The notes beneath the pieces are model-generated. The model made no database searches, had not been told where the DNA came from, and worked only from the letters and a program-made list of their open reading frames with translations. Shown piece by piece: positions 22,990 through 36,919 of a DNA stretch of 64,000 nt. The stretch comes from Neophaeotheca triangularis (taxonomy: Eukaryota). The stretch covers positions 62,001 through 126,000 of the forward strand of contig BAAIJX010000051.1 of assembly GCA_054600435.1 (NCBI GenBank), given 5' to 3'. A program made the translations under genes and the position numbers. The number at the start of each line of letters is the position of its first letter. The first letter of the stretch is position 1.

Positions 22990-25500
22990 CTACAAAACCT
23001 CCCCAATAATCTTAGCCGCCTCGCGATAAGTATTCAATAGTTTCTCGCACTTCTCGCGCTCCTCCTTAATGCCCTCATCCTCGTGCAACAGCTCCTGGAA
23101 CAAGTCTTCCTTGTAGAGTTGCGCGACCAGTCGGTTCTGGACGACGTCTTTGCTGTGGTTGACCAGTAGGTGCATGACAGCTTTGGGAACTTGGTCGGCG
23201 ATGGTTTCCCGCACGATGTTGAAGTAGGAAGAGATGAGGCGGCGGATCAGCTCGGTTTCGAGAGCTTCGCGCTCCGTGAGGGCGGGGGCGGTTTCGTCTT
23301 GGGGCTGAAGCGGGGGGGTTAGTTACACGCATGATGTTGGGTAGTTAAAGGCTGGACTTACAAAACCGGGGTCCTCGGGCTCCCCTTCCTCCTGAGGCTG
23401 GGGTTGGGATGGGGGTCGTGTGTCGCCTCTACGGAACGAAGCGCTGATGCTAGGTTCGATGTTTTGGCTCACATGTCTGCTGCCGCCTAGGCCGCCGGGA
23501 AGGCCGCCTGCTGCGCTTTGTCCTGGCAATGCGCCTGCGCTCTGCCCGCTTTCTTTGCCGAAGAAGTAGTTGAGGAAGCTATCCCGGCCCTGACCGCCAG
23601 TGGGTGCACCGTTTGCTGCGCCTGTTGAGTGGGACAGTCGGTGACCATCGCGACCTATAGCCGGCGAAGCGCTCCTTGTCTCCTTTGCGGCGCGCGTGTT
23701 TCGTACTGAAAGGGCACCAGGCTGTTGCTGGCTTTCCTCCTCGTCGTCTTCGGGGGTCTGTGTGCCATTGACGCCTTCAAGCTCTTTCTTCCTCCTTGCG
23801 TCCCGCTTGCGCTTTTCTTCAGCTGCTGCTACCTTCTTCTCCTTCTCATGTCTGTCCTGCATCACGTTGCTCATTGCAGCTGCAGCGCCGAGGAAATTTG
23901 GGTGGTTTGTGTTGATGTACGCTCGCTGTATCGAGATGAGAGATTCGACGTACGAGGACGATGGTCCAAGGCGCTCTCTCAAAAGGTCTGAGACAACCTC
24001 AATGAGCTTGCCTTGAAGTCGTGGGTACCGACTGAGCTCGTTGGAGCCGCAAGTATGGCAGATCTTGATAAGTTCTTCGTACACCAGCTCCACACATCGC
24101 TGAGAAGGGATTTCGAGTAACTTGATCTGCGGCTTTACGAGGAGGTCAAAGGCAAGCTCTGGAACGAACAGTGAGGGACGAGGTCCTGTGGAGTTGCGAA
24201 TCGCTGTCCGGATATCGAGGACCGAAAGATTCTGCGTAGGGTCAATGGTCTCCAGGGAATGGCCAAAGACTGAATTGAAGATGTAGTAGATGCGAGCACC
24301 ACCACAAAGCTCCTTGGTGCCAATCTCAGAGCTCGTACCGTCAATCGAAGAAATGAATGAAGTAGCAAACCGAGTCATAAGCTGTAACACCAAGCTTCCA
24401 CGGTGATCTTTCCCAGTAAAGGCTGGGTCGCCGTAAGAAGCAAGCTCCTGTTGAGTTTGGCCCATGAGCGTGTTCAACCGTGCCTTGATGTCTGGTAATC
24501 TTTCGCGAATGTGGGCCATCAACGTGGTGTTCAGTGTCTTGGCTAAAAACTGTGTGCCGGTTCTCGTCGCCATGTTGCGGTAGGCAGGATGCGTCCTGAA
24601 GTACTCGCGCTCTGCTTGCAAAGCATCCGAGAGAGACTTGTTCCCCTGAATGTCCTGTTGCGATCTGTTCACGACGCCGATAAAGCCGAGTTTCAGAGGG
24701 TACACACGACCGGACAGAATGTCAAGCGCATTGGTTCCTTGGTCCATGAGGTCGATCTTGGTAAGAACACCAATCGTCCGTTTTCCCATTGGGTCGACAT
24801 GTCGAGCTAGCTTGAGCGCCTCCGAGTTGACCAGGTCCACATTCGCAGGCGACACGGCGAGAATGATGCTGTTGGGCTTTGCGATGTACTCGGAAATCAG
24901 GTTGCGCGTTTGCTTTTCAATGTCCGTAGGCTGGTCCCCAATCGGCACCTTGGTTAAACCAGGCAGATCAACAAGAGTCAAGCTCAGTACGTGCGGCGAG
25001 TAAATCTTCAGGTTGATAGGTTGTCGGTTTATGCCCTTGTTGCTCCCTGCTATCCTGGTTGTCTCATTCTCTATCTCCCTCTTGACTTCCTGGAAATCGT
25101 AGAACTTCCTCCCTGGCATGTGATTGAACTCGCCCCACTCATCGTGACCAGCGACAGATGCTGGGGTATGTGGCACATGGACCTCATCATCCTCGGGTCT
25201 GTCCTTGTCGGAAGGGACATTGATGAGCTGCAAGATCAGGGGTCTCCGGGTTACGATGCCGCTGCCACGAGGTAGGAAGTCGCGGCCAACAATGTTCTCA
25301 AGGACTGAGGACTTTCCAGACGACTGCGACCCTACTACGACCTGTCATGTCGTTAGTATCGAGGGGATGAGAAAGTTGGTATGCCAAAATTTGAGGCATA
25401 CAATTTGGGGGAGATCAAGGGAGTCGTTGCCGATGGTGTTGAAGACGAGATCCTGTAAGCGGTTGACGATAGACAAGAGATTTTCCCCGAGAGTCGCCAT
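22990..25500 (-). CDS. DNM1: Dynamin-related GTPase Dnm1/Drp1; exons 25500-25402, 25341-23362, 23304-22990
   Basis: MATLGENLLSIVNRLQDLVFNTIGNDSLDLPQI|VVVGSQSSGKSS, DLPG, TKID, insert-B DSFLNYFFGK, and GED (DQVPKAVMHLLVN). Introns 25342-25401 and 23305-23361. Confidence 0.95.
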
Positions 25501-26544
25501 GTCTGCCGTGCCGTGGATCTGGGAGATGGTGGTAGTAGGATGGATAGGCTGGAGGGGTGGCTGTCTTCAGTCAGGTACGGCTACCTAGTAAGTTATGCAC
25601 CACCACAGGGCAATGCTGATCACAGGCTCAGGTTCAAGTTCAGCTTGTTTACCTCCGCGCAAAGCTCCGAGACCGAGAGCGGGAGAAGAATAAAATCACG
25701 TGCAGCTTGTTGTAGATAACCACCTGATAACAACGGGACCCTGAGGCCCGGTCTGAGTCTGTAGTCTGTGAGTCCTGACCCCTCCCGTCCCTCCCTGGCC
25801 GCCACCATCATCTTCCCAAGTTCCTCTCCCGACGACCAAAGTCTGCCCAGGTGGAGTCTCGAGCCAGCGCCAATCGCTCCTAATCCAGAGTAGTATCGAC
25901 TGTCATCCGCCATCCTCTCCGCTACCAGGGATCCATCAATCCCGTCGCCGCCAATGAATTCGACGCTTGGGCGGAGCAAGTCTGTCTATCATTTCCACGG
26001 GCGGTGAATGAGGGTGTCGATAGCAGGCGGAGACTGAAGGCTTGGCAGATCTGGCCGGTCTTTGACCAAATCTTTTGTGCTGAGGCACTACTACTAGCAC
26101 TCTCTCGTACATGGGACAAGATAAGCCTCTCCCTTCCCTTCCCTTTTCTCTTTGACGCACACACACACACTCCTCCTGTCTCACTCTTCCTTTTCTCTTC
26201 CAACTCTTTCCAACTCATCCTTCCCTTACCCGTCCCTTCCTCAACCAAGTTTCTACCGGTTACACGTCGACTACTAGTCAAGCTTCTCAAGCGACTGCTG
26301 CCTGCTTCTCTGTAACCGCCTGCCAATCCCAATAAGATCCTACAACCTTACAACATTCCACGATAAGCACGACACAACACCAACCTCCAACACTTTCACC
26401 CACAAACACATCCTCATCCTTCAACTTCACCACACCGCCCTCACTACTCCCACTGCCGACGAAGGCACACTCTGCGCACCCAAGGATCAGACTTACCCAT
26501 ACCAACAAGTCAAGCCGCCCCTTGATCGCTCCGGAGTCACCCAC

Positions 26545-27450
26545 ATGGCCCCGTCAGCGATCGAAGTCTCGCAGATCAACGAGTACGTCGACAAGGATCC
26601 AAGCATTCAAATCGACCACGATGTCGACGATCTAGTCGCATTCGGAGGAGAAGACCAATGGCACTACAACCCAAGCACCAAGCGTTTCGACCTTTCGCGT
26701 GGCTCCCAGCGTAAGCTCACCATCGACGCCGACGATGGTATAAGGAACCACCGCGGCGTCATGATTGACCCCGAGAAGAGCCTGCTCATCGTCATCGACA
26801 TGCAAAACTACTTTGTCCACCCCAACATTCGCGACCATAGCGCAGCTATGAAGACTGTGGAGCCAATGTTGAAGGTCATCGAAAAGTGTCGCAAGGAGGG
26901 CATTCAGGTCTGCTGGCTGAACTGGGGCATTGACGAGCAGGATCTACGCATGATGCCACCTGCCGTGACTAGAGGCTTTAACAGGGCTATGGCTCACGAG
27001 AGGGGTCACGGCTGGCACGTTGGGCTGGGATCCATGCTTCCCCCAGAGCAGGGCGGCGGGAAAAAGGAGCGCTGTCTCTTCAAGGGCACCTGGAACGCCG
27101 ACATCTACGACCCACTTAAGGACGTCATGGAGCCGGGAGACGTCCGCTTCGACAAGGCCAGGATGTCAGGACTATGGTCGCCCACTCTCCCCATGCACGA
27201 ATGGCTGCGCGAGAGCGGAAAGAAAACGCTGCTCTTCGCCGGCTGCAACACCGACCAGTGTCTGCTGGGCACGCTCACCGACGCCTACAGTTGGGGCTGG
27301 GACTGCATTCTTGTCGGAGACTGTGCAGCGACCATGACGGGCTTGGGCGCTCAGGAGGTTTGCGATTACAACATTGCGACCAACATGGGCTTCGTCACCG
27401 ACTCGCAGACTTTCTGCACAGCCGAATCGACCACCACTACCCCACGCTAA
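26545..27450 (+). CDS. Isochorismatase-family cysteine hydrolase
   Basis: Catalytic D/K/C motifs LIVIDMQNYF, FDKARMSG and AGCNTDQCL. Confidence 0.9.
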   Translation: MAPSAIEVSQINEYVDKDPSIQIDHDVDDLVAFGGEDQWHYNPSTKRFDLSRGSQRKLTIDADDGIRNHRGVMIDPEKSLLIVIDMQNYFVHPNIRDHSAAMKTVEPMLKVIEKCRKEGIQVCWLNWGIDEQDLRMMPPAVTRGFNRAMAHERGHGWHVGLGSMLPPEQGGGKKERCLFKGTWNADIYDPLKDVMEPGDVRFDKARMSGLWSPTLPMHEWLRESGKKTLLFAGCNTDQCLLGTLTDAYSWGWDCILVGDCAATMTGLGAQEVCDYNIATNMGFVTDSQTFCTAESTTTTPR

Positions 27451-28883
27451 GCCGAACGCAGGACGTCCGGATTCCGAAACCAAGAAAAGAAAGAGATAGA
27501 GACAATGGCGTTACCAGCTGCGTCCTTCCACACTTGCAGGCGATCGCTAGGGTGAAATTGCGCAAGCGACGGCGTTCCGGAATTGATGATGTCTGCCACG
27601 GTACTTGCTTCCGCTTGCTGCGGGAATTGCACGTCTTTATGCGATCTTCATGATACCCATCTTGATCAAGCATTACAGTACTGATGACGACTAACGGGAT
27701 AGATTTGGGTTTGAGCTTGGGATTCATGTTTTTGTTTTCCTTATTGTTTTGTTTTAACGTCAGGTAGATGCGATTCAATGGAACTTTCTCATCCTAGGCC
27801 CTCGGGCTGTACCTGCCGTCTTTTCCTTTACCTATAAGATTACTAACTGGAGCGGCAGCGACTGACTGGGGCCGCTGCGTTGCAGGAGAATCCGTCCTGC
27901 TCAGGGCGTTGATCTGACGCTTCTAGGGTAGCTTCTCTCCGGGTTTGGCGTGCATTGGGTTTTGCCTGCTAGCAGAGAAGACCTCTTCGCATGCTGCTGC
28001 GCTCTGGGCCCTCACTTCGCTCAAGTCGCATGGTGAACAAAGAGCGAGAATTTGATCATCCCTCGGACTTGATCTTGAAAGCTCACTAGCAGCTGCAAAA
28101 GCAGAGGCAGTGCACGGCAATGATTGCAACTGCGAAGCGATCACGGTGAACGGTAAATTCGCTTCCATGGTACGTTCGCAGTTGCCATGCTGATGCGGCG
28201 TGGTCTTGAAAAGACTGCGTGGTTCTCATACCCCTGGCATATCGCACCAACATTGAATTCGAGCTCGACATGGCTACTTAACAGCTACAGGCATCGTAGT
28301 CACGGCCCCTTGCCGTCCATCCCTTGGTGAGATATCCAAGCATGACAGCTCGCTACTTCCGCACCACTTGTATTTGATCGTTTTAGTCGTATATCATTTC
28401 GTAAAGGGTGACGCAATGGGGAGTGCGTTCAAGTTAGAAGGAAGTGTTCGTCTAAAACAATTCATCGGCTTGCTTAGATGTCTCTTGGTTTTCTCGAAAA
28501 GGACTTGTACTCCGGTGGTTATCGAGTCCCGAGGCTCTTGGTTGGTGTTTGACATCGAGAGAAGAACATTCAAGGCGGTAGCGCAATGTCTCTGCATTAG
28601 GATAGATAGGGAGCATTCTGGAACAATGTCGTTTAATTGAGACTTTCGCCGCCTTTATCGGAGTTCATATAGTATGTACCTGTAGCTGTAGCATCTCACG
28701 TGGTAAAGTGAAGTCTGTCCCGCAAGTAAGCCTCGGCTTCTTCGGCGCAGATCGGCGTCTGCTTGGCGAGACAGGAACGTTGTGTCGAGAGCTGTCGACT
28801 CGAGGTTTAGCCTGACCTACATTGTTTAACGTAACACGTATCTTATTCTCCCAGCATACTTTACTGAGCGAACCCAACGCGAA

Positions 28884-31800
28884 ATGGCTTACGAAGATCC
28901 CAGAAGCGGATCTCTAAAGAGAAAGCGAAGAAGAAGGGATGACAGGCCAGCTGTACCGGCCAGACTGTACCTCGACAGCAGCTTGAAAGGGGAGGTCGGC
29001 CTGGTTTCAGAGGGTGTTGCCGCGAGCACTTGGCCCGATTACGAAAAGGGTGAATTGGAAAATGATACAAAGTTTCTCGCCGTGACGATTTCGTCCTCGC
29101 AAGCCCAAAGCGTAGGGACTCCATGGACCATTCTGCCTTTCCGCGTGTTGAAGAGCTCTGAAAAGCAGTCTCCTCAGGGGAGTTTGCGTTTCCCTGTCAA
29201 TGCCATTGGCACTCAGAGCTTTGTCAGTAGCGTTCAAGCCGTCTCACCGAACAAGAATCTGCGTCAAAATGCGCCTATCGAGGTTCTGGCCTGCGATGTC
29301 GCCCCGCTGCCTTTGGAGACCATCTACGTTGCGGTGGATGTCGGAGCTTTGCAGAAGCTGGAAGAGGTGCAAAGACGTTTCGGCGGCGGTGCCTTGGGCG
29401 GCAACGCCTTGGGGAAGAAAGCGGTCAAGCGGGATGTCTTGGAAGACTCTCAACGACCCACGAGTCAAGATGGGGAGGAAAGGCGGAAGCAACTCGTGCA
29501 GGCTGCTTTGGACACCACCTCTGTCGTGCATTCGGGTGACTTCTTGCCTCTTGATCTCAAACACACCATGACCCATGCACCAGCTCCACCGGCGAAGGTC
29601 TTGGCTTGTGAGCCTGTGTCTCAGGGGACTTTGACCGCCTCGACCAAGGTGGTGCTCTTACCTAGCAATGAGAAGCATTCAAAGACGCCGAATGGCAGGG
29701 CGCTACTTTCGCCTCGACTGCCCGAGGAGTCTGGGGAAGATGAGGATACCGCCAACGAGGCATTCTACTCGGCTGCTGAGTCCCCGAATAAACCTGCCAA
29801 GCCAGTGACAGGTTCGAAAGCCGCAACAGACATGTCAAACACCGATGATTTATTCGATTCGAGCACAGAGGATAGCAATCTCTCTGACGATGACGACGAG
29901 ATGATTTCCCTGGCAACGCCTGGATTACTGGACAGGCCTTCTGGGCTTAGCTCAGCCATCAGCGGAGTTACACCTCGCCCTTTTGGAAGCCGAGCAAACG
30001 GAGTCAGTACTCCTGGTTCCGTCTTCTCGCACATGTCTTCGTCTACAGTTCGCGGCGGGCAGTCCTCGCGGAGCAAGACCTTCCGCGCACAAGGGCTGCT
30101 TCAACGCATCTCGGAACAACAGCTTCATCCCAAACCATCTAGCGACGAAGATGACGAAGCCAGAGTCTACGTGGACGCTCCAGCCCTCGCAAGGCTCGGG
30201 TGTTTCTCTGGTGACTGGGTGAAGATCGAAGCCACGAACAATGAGCCTTTCTCTCAACTTCAGATGTTGGGCTCGCTGCAATCCGGTAATGGCTACCCGT
30301 GGCGCCCTGTCAAGATCTACTCATTGCCAGAGCATCTATCTAAAAAGCCACCGAGGTATCAGATCAATACTCGAGGCGGCAGGCGGGATAGTATCTCGTC
30401 TCTTGCTACCAACACAGGTTCAGCCGCAGCTTTGTACATGTCTCCGATCCTTCTCGCCAATCTCAAGCAGCCAAGTCACGTCAGTATATCGCCTCTCATG
30501 CTAAGCAAGCTGCCAGCACTGAAGCGGCCAACCATGCCAAGACCAGGCTCCATGTCCACCGGTTCACCACCGACAGCCACGGAAGTGCGCCTACGTAAAG
30601 TGGTCACGCCGCTGTCAAATCACCGCGCTCTTGACTCCATGCTTTTCAACAATCTCAAGGCGTACTTTGAGGAAAAACGCCGCCTGGCCAAATCTGGCGA
30701 TCTCATTGCTGTCACGATTGACGAATCCTTGGGTAAAGCCATGTACGCAGGCCCCGGTGCCGACGACGAGACCGACTACAACAATCTCATGGCTCAATTC
30801 TCGGGGACTGGGGAGAAAGGGGCTAGCGAAAGCGGTGGCTGTTCGGCCGGTGTAGCCTGGTTCCATGTTGAGGAAGTGAAGATGCCGCCAAGCGAAGATG
30901 ACGATGAACCGAGCTCTGAAAACAACTGGCCTGGAGCAGCTCTCATTGACCCTTCTAAAACAACTATGCGTCAGTCTGGAGATGACAAGCGGAAGCTACC
31001 TTCGATCAATGACAACACCTGGCAGTACTACTTGGGCGCTAGACAAATAAGTGTTTCGCCCATGCAGTCTACGTCTACTGGCGTACCTGAAGCACCACCC
31101 CAGCACATCTCTAGTACTCAGAGGCGGCTGAGAGAGCTCATGTCCGTCTCGGTGAGTCCGCGTGCCATTCAATTACAAATGGAGCCGCTGGCCCTGCTCT
31201 TAACGTCGACACAACGCAGCATTGGTAAAGCATACACGGTTGAACGCGTTTGCGCCGATCTCGGCTTGCATTTTTGTCCCATCGACGCCTACGACATCGC
31301 TTCTGAGGGAGGCGCAGGGGTCGACACACAGACTCAAGCTTTGCTGGAAGCTAGGTGTGAGCGAGCTTTGCAGTGCGGAGCCGAGTGCACGGCCATCTGT
31401 ATCCAACACATCGAAAACCTCAACGATGAGCGCGTCCACGGCGTGCTGAAGAGTATACTAGGGCAGAGCCGCGTCCTCATCGCTACCACGACGGCGAGCG
31501 ACAAGATGTCCGACTCGATCCGTGGCTTGTTCACTCATGAGATCGAAATGACGGCGCCCGACGAAAGCGATCGTGAAGGCATCCTCCGCGATATTATCAT
31601 GGAGTCCAAGATCCCGCTGTCTCCAGAAGTCAACCTCTCTTCCATTGCAGTGAAGACCGCGGCCCTTGTCGCTGGCGACCTCCTGGACGTGGTCGAGCGC
31701 GCTATCGAAGCCCGCACTCGCCGACTCGAGGACCTTGCAAGTGCTAGTTCCTCGGCAACAGGAACACCGGTAACCCAACGAGATATCCAGCTCTCGGGCG

Positions 31801-33213
31801 GCGTAGCAACACACTCCCTCATTCCCGCGGACTTCGAAGCGGCTGTAGACTTTGCCCGGAAGAATTTTGCAGACTCCATTGGCGCGCCGAAGATTCCGAA
31901 CGTGCAGTGGTCTGATGTTGGTGGTTTGGCAAACGTCAAGGACGCCGTGGTGGAAACCATTCAAATGCCTTTGCAGCGTCCTGAACTCTTTGCGAGTGGG
32001 CTGAAGAAACGATCAGGTATCTTATTCTACGGACCCCCAGGAACGGGCAAGACGCTCTTGGCCAAGGCTATTGCGACAGAGTTCAGTCTCAACTTCTTCT
32101 CCGTCAAAGGTCCGGAACTGCTGAACATGTATATTGGTGAGTCGGAAGCGAACGTGCGACGCGTCTTTCAGAGAGCACGGGATGCGAGGCCATGCGTCGT
32201 TTTCTTCGACGAGCTGGACTCTGTGGCGCCCAAGCGTGGTAACCAAGGCGACAGCGGCGGTGTCATGGATCGTATCGTGTCCCAGCTTTTGGCCGAGTTG
32301 GACGGAATGAGCGACGGTGGCGACGGCGGCGGAGGCGTTTTTGTCATCGGCGCGACCAACCGTCCCGATCTGCTGGACCAAGCACTGCTCCGCCCCGGCA
32401 GGTTCGACAAGATGTTATACCTAGGAATCAGCGACACGCACGACAAGCAAGCGACTATCTTGCAAGCGCTAACGAGAAAGTACGTGCAAAACCCCTCCCT
32501 TGAACCCCTTCCCACCGCAAGCTCGCTAACCCCTCACCCTCCCCAACAGATTCGCCCTCTCCCCTACCCTCTCCCTCCCCCGCGTCGCCTCCCGCCTCCC
32601 CTTCACCTTCACGGGCGCCGACCTCTACGCTCTCGCCTCGGACGCCATGCTCAAAGCCGTCACGCGGGGCACGCAAACCATCGATTCTCGCGTCGAGGAC
32701 CTCAACTCCCGCTACCGCGCCGAAGGCAAGCGGGAAATCAGCGTCCGCTACTACTTCGACCATTTCGCGGCCGAAGCGGATCTGGAAGTCCAGGTTGAGG
32801 AGGAGGATTTCGAGAAGGCGAGAAGGGAGCTCGTGCCGAGTGTGAGTTTTGAGGAGTTGGCGCATTATGAGCGCGTTAGGGGCATGTTTGAGAAGGGGGC
32901 TAAAGAGGAGGTTGAGGTGGGTCAGGGGGCTGGAGGGCAGGGGGTTGAAGGCGCGGGGAACGGGGAGGAGTCGAGGAGGGTCGCCGAGTCGCTGAGGAGG
33001 CTTGCTAGTGGTGGTGGTGGGGTGGTTAATGGGAATGGTGCGGGTGGCAATGAGGTTGATGAGGATGAGTTTGTTGTGAGGACTGGGGATTTGAAACTGA
33101 ATGGCGATGCCGACCGGTCTGCGCCTACTGGCAAGGGGAAAGGGAAAGGGAAGGGCAAGGGTAGGGAGGTGCCTATTGTAGACGGCGATCAGGGCGAGGA
33201 TCTGTATGACTGA
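28884..33213 (+). CDS. PEX6: Peroxisomal AAA-ATPase Pex6; exons 28884-32479, 32550-33213
   Basis: [57 protein letters not shown]. Intron 32480-32549 restores LTRKFAL..FTGADLYALASDAMLKA. Confidence 0.96.
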
Positions 33214-33825
33214 GTGGTTAGGGTGTCTTCGAGCGCCTATTCAAGCGGTCTTTGTTATTTTGAATAAAATTGTCGTCGAGTATCTAGTAAATTTATACTC
33301 ATCATAAATTTACTCCTATTATAATAAATCACAAATTTAATTAGTCCGTTTTCTTTATATTGTCTGGCCTTGTCATGTTAACTCCTTACTTATAATACAG
33401 CGACTCGGACTTTGCTCGAAAAGCACCGGGCGACATTAATCGAGCAATCGACAGACATGGCATCTACACACGACTCGACGAGTGTATAATATACCTTTCT
33501 TTCATCAATTCATTATTATTATGATGGAGCTAGTTCCACGTTGTTTCTTACATGCGGCAACCGGAAGTACGGGTGCGTTTCTTGGTGGTGTCTTGTCGCA
33601 TTATCAAAACAACAATAATGGCAGAAACCTTGGACTCCGAAATTTTTCTTGGAGCGACGAGACGAGATGGAGAAGTAGTTCGTAGTGCCCGCGGCTTCAA
33701 TCCCTGACTTCCCAATCAGCTGGCCCAGGAGCCCAGGACCCCTTCACCACTCGCTCTTTTTGATGAGAAATCGAGGCGGATGGCTACGGACTTGTTGATT
33801 GCGCGCCCTGGCAGACTACAGTGGT

Positions 33826-33853
33826 GATGACTGACGACTGACGACTGACGACT
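33826..33853. repeat. Short (GACTGAC)n tandem repeat
   Basis: Visible tgatgactgacgactgacgactgacgact. Confidence 0.75.
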
Positions 33854-34120
33854 AGAGGCCGTACGCCAGATACCTGGCTGGTACCGCAGAGTTTTCTGTC
33901 CTTCTCGGCGCAGTCAGGACAGGAGACAGACAACACACACACAACAAGAGTAGAGTAGGGTGAATAGAGTGGTAGCAGTACGCCCTTGCCTCGTCGGCAC
34001 CTGCGCTTGTGTCTCTATCCGCTGCATCCGTCAACCCAAAATTTTACTCCCTCCATTGGCGTGGCCGCATGTAGTCCCTCTGGTCTCGCTTGTTCCCCTC
34101 GCTCACCCACTCAACATAGC

Positions 34121-35866
34121 ATGCGCAGCTTATCACGGCCCTCGCTGCTCGTAAGCTTGCTGGTGGCCGCCCTGTTCTGCGCCTCCCTCTTCGTTCTCTA
34201 CTCCGGCGAGCGGCGATGGATCAAGTTCCAGGACGTCGGCGACGCGGGCCTGCTGGGTCATGAGGAGGAGCTCGAGGATCTGCTGCCCAGCTGGAAACAC
34301 CTCGACGTCGTCAAGCCTACGAACCAAATCACCTGGCCCTACCGGAGATACAAGTCGTCGCCTTTGCGGCCTCCGAATATCACCATCGAGAGTGATGGCG
34401 GGGAGTTGGCGGATGGCTTCATCTTTTTCATTCCCAAGAATCGTGGCGGCGCTGGCCATGTCAAGCAGATTGCGCCGTTCATCATGACTTCGGACGGTGA
34501 TCTCGTGTATGCTGGAAACGAATTTACGGGCTCTACCAACGACATACGTGTGCAGAGTATCGGGGGCGAACCGCATCTCACGCTTTGGCAAGGGACTTCC
34601 ACGAATAACCACAATCCCGGCCACGGCTATGGAAGGGTCCTTATGCTCGACGATCAGTACCGCAAGTCCCACCTAAACGTCGACGCGAACATCACGACCC
34701 TGATGAAGAATCCCGAGGACTTGCTAGGGGTCATCGATATCCACGAGCACCACATGACACCGCGAGACTCGATGCTGGTGACGGTCTACAACAACACGCC
34801 CGTCGACCTGTCCGCCATCGACGGCCCCAAAGACGGCTGGGTGCAAGACAGCATGTTTTACGACATCGACGTTGCCACAGAAGAGATTCTCTTCAGCTGG
34901 AGCCCGCTCGCGCACATCCCCGTCAACGCCTCCCGGCTCCCCATCGACTCCTATATGGGCAACGGCAGCCACACCTCCCCTTACGACTTCTTCCACACAA
35001 ACTCCATCCAAGCCATCGGGCCCGACTACCTAATCAGCAGCCGGCACATGTGGTCCATCTACCTAATCTCCGGCACCACGGGCGAAATCCTCTGGCACCT
35101 CGACGGCAGCGGCAACGCCACATCCTCCTTTGGCCCCCTCCCCCCGGCCGCCCAATTCCGGTGGCAACACGACGCACACGCCCACTCCATAACCCCGGCA
35201 AGCCTCCAGCTCTCCCTCTTCGACAACCACGCCACCGAAGACGACCACAACACCAGCTACACCAAAGGCCTCGAACTATTCCTCCCCCTCCCCCCTTCCC
35301 CAAAAACTTCCCCAAAACTCCTCCGCGCCATCGAAAACCCCGAAGCCGAGCTCCTCGCCCAGTCCCAAGGCTCCTACCAAATCCTCCCCAACGGCAACCG
35401 CTTCCTCGGCTACGGCCAAATCCCCGTGATGCGCGAATACGGGCCGGACCCACACGCCAACGAAATCCGCTGGCAAGCGCGCTTCGGTTACGATAATTTG
35501 GCCCAGAGCTACAGGGCTTACAAGCAGGTCTGGCACGCGACTCCCGCGGATTGGGACCCCGTCGCTGTAGTCAGGAAAGCCGCGACCCAGGGCGATGACG
35601 ACGACTGGGCCGCGGGTCTGCTCTTGGAGCTTTTCGTCAGCTGGAATGGCGCGACGGAGGTCGAGCGCTGGGCTGTGTACGTGGGTGCTTCGGAGCGCGA
35701 GCAGGCGGAGCATGGCGAGGGGTTAGTTTTTGCTGGCGAGGCGCTGAAGAAGGGTTTTGAGACTAGGATTGGGGTTAGGGTGCTTAAGGAGGATGCTTGT
35801 GTGGTTGTTGCTGCTGTTGTTGAGGGCAAGGAGGTTAGGAGGAGTGAGATGGTTTGCTTAAAGTAG
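34121..35866 (+). CDS. Arylsulfotransferase (ASST-like) with N-terminal signal/anchor
   Basis: ATG at 34121 (MRSLSRPSLLVSLLVAALFC..). Motifs IDIHEH, DFFHTNSI, YLISSRH, FRWQHDA, LFDNH, SQGSYQ and VSWNGATEV are typical of fungal ASSTs. Confidence 0.88.
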   Translation: MRSLSRPSLLVSLLVAALFCASLFVLYSGERRWIKFQDVGDAGLLGHEEELEDLLPSWKHLDVVKPTNQITWPYRRYKSSPLRPPNITIESDGGELADGFIFFIPKNRGGAGHVKQIAPFIMTSDGDLVYAGNEFTGSTNDIRVQSIGGEPHLTLWQGTSTNNHNPGHGYGRVLMLDDQYRKSHLNVDANITTLMKNPEDLLGVIDIHEHHMTPRDSMLVTVYNNTPVDLSAIDGPKDGWVQDSMFYDIDVATEEILFSWSPLAHIPVNASRLPIDSYMGNGSHTSPYDFFHTNSIQAIGPDYLISSRHMWSIYLISGTTGEILWHLDGSGNATSSFGPLPPAAQFRWQHDAHAHSITPASLQLSLFDNHATEDDHNTSYTKGLELFLPLPPSPKTSPKLLRAIENPEAELLAQSQGSYQILPNGNRFLGYGQIPVMREYGPDPHANEIRWQARFGYDNLAQSYRAYKQVWHATPADWDPVAVVRKAATQGDDDDWAAGLLLELFVSWNGATEVERWAVYVGASEREQAEHGEGLVFAGEALKKGFETRIGVRVLKEDACVVVAAVVEGKEVRRSEMVCLK

Positions 35867-36919
35867 GGGTTGGGTTTTGGTTTGGATACAATATACCCGT
35901 AGATATTTTCCTTTTATTCGCTTGTTTGGATTGTAGTGGCGAACACCCCGAGAGCTTGGCTGGCGGTGTGGTTTCTCTGCCGGTCCGGCGGGTCTTGTTG
36001 ACCACTCCCGATGAGTCTCACTGGTGGTCTTCCATCAGTTCGCCGTAGGCCATAATGGCTGCTGGCACGACCAAGAAGCTTGTAAAGAAAAATGGTGAGT
36101 ACGGGTTTACCACAGTAGAAAGGAGCAACAAGCAACGAGCAACGAGCGAAAAGAACCCTCCTTTCCCGTTCAGTACTGATGGAGAAACACTATTTCAAAA
36201 CGCACCCAATATTCATTGAGAAGTACCAGGCTGGTTTTGCTTTATGCAGTGACGACGCGAGAGACCGGACTCGCGCCAGAAATTCTTGAGGCTGCCGACC
36301 GCAAGGAAGCGTTTGACGGCTTGATCCCGACCCCTCTCAATTACCTCGTGTTCCTAAAATCCGATTAGGCTGAAGTCTAGCTTGCAATGCCGTATGGGCA
36401 GTACACGGACTTTGCTCCTGCAGCCAGCAGCACGGTAGAGCTTGCAATTCTTTCTGCGGGCGTCGTTTGGGTCGTTTTAGTGAGCTAGCTGGAACTAGGG
36501 AGTTGGGGCATGATGACTTTCTTCTTCACTTCACATGGGGATGCCAGTTCTGTTTCGGGGAAGAAAGGAACTGCGTGCAGACGCCGGCGTGGTGTGATAG
36601 TGGTCTCCAGACTACGCATACGCAGTCGGGGAAGTGATGCATGGATGCGAACGTGTCTTGCCCGAGCAACAAGACCTGAAAACCCAGCTTCCCCGCAGCT
36701 GCAACGTGGCGCACATGACCTTTATCCTCCTCCCACAGCTGTTGCAAGAATCGTCGTATCCCTTACAGTCTGCGATGATGAGATTCTTGAAAACACGGCT
36801 TGTTACAGTGACTTCGGATACTGCAAAATATACATCCAACCTTAACGCCCCTGCCGTCGTGACACGGCTCGCGGTCATACCCGCTATCACTCCCCTCCCC
36901 CAAACCATCTAGTCGTCCT

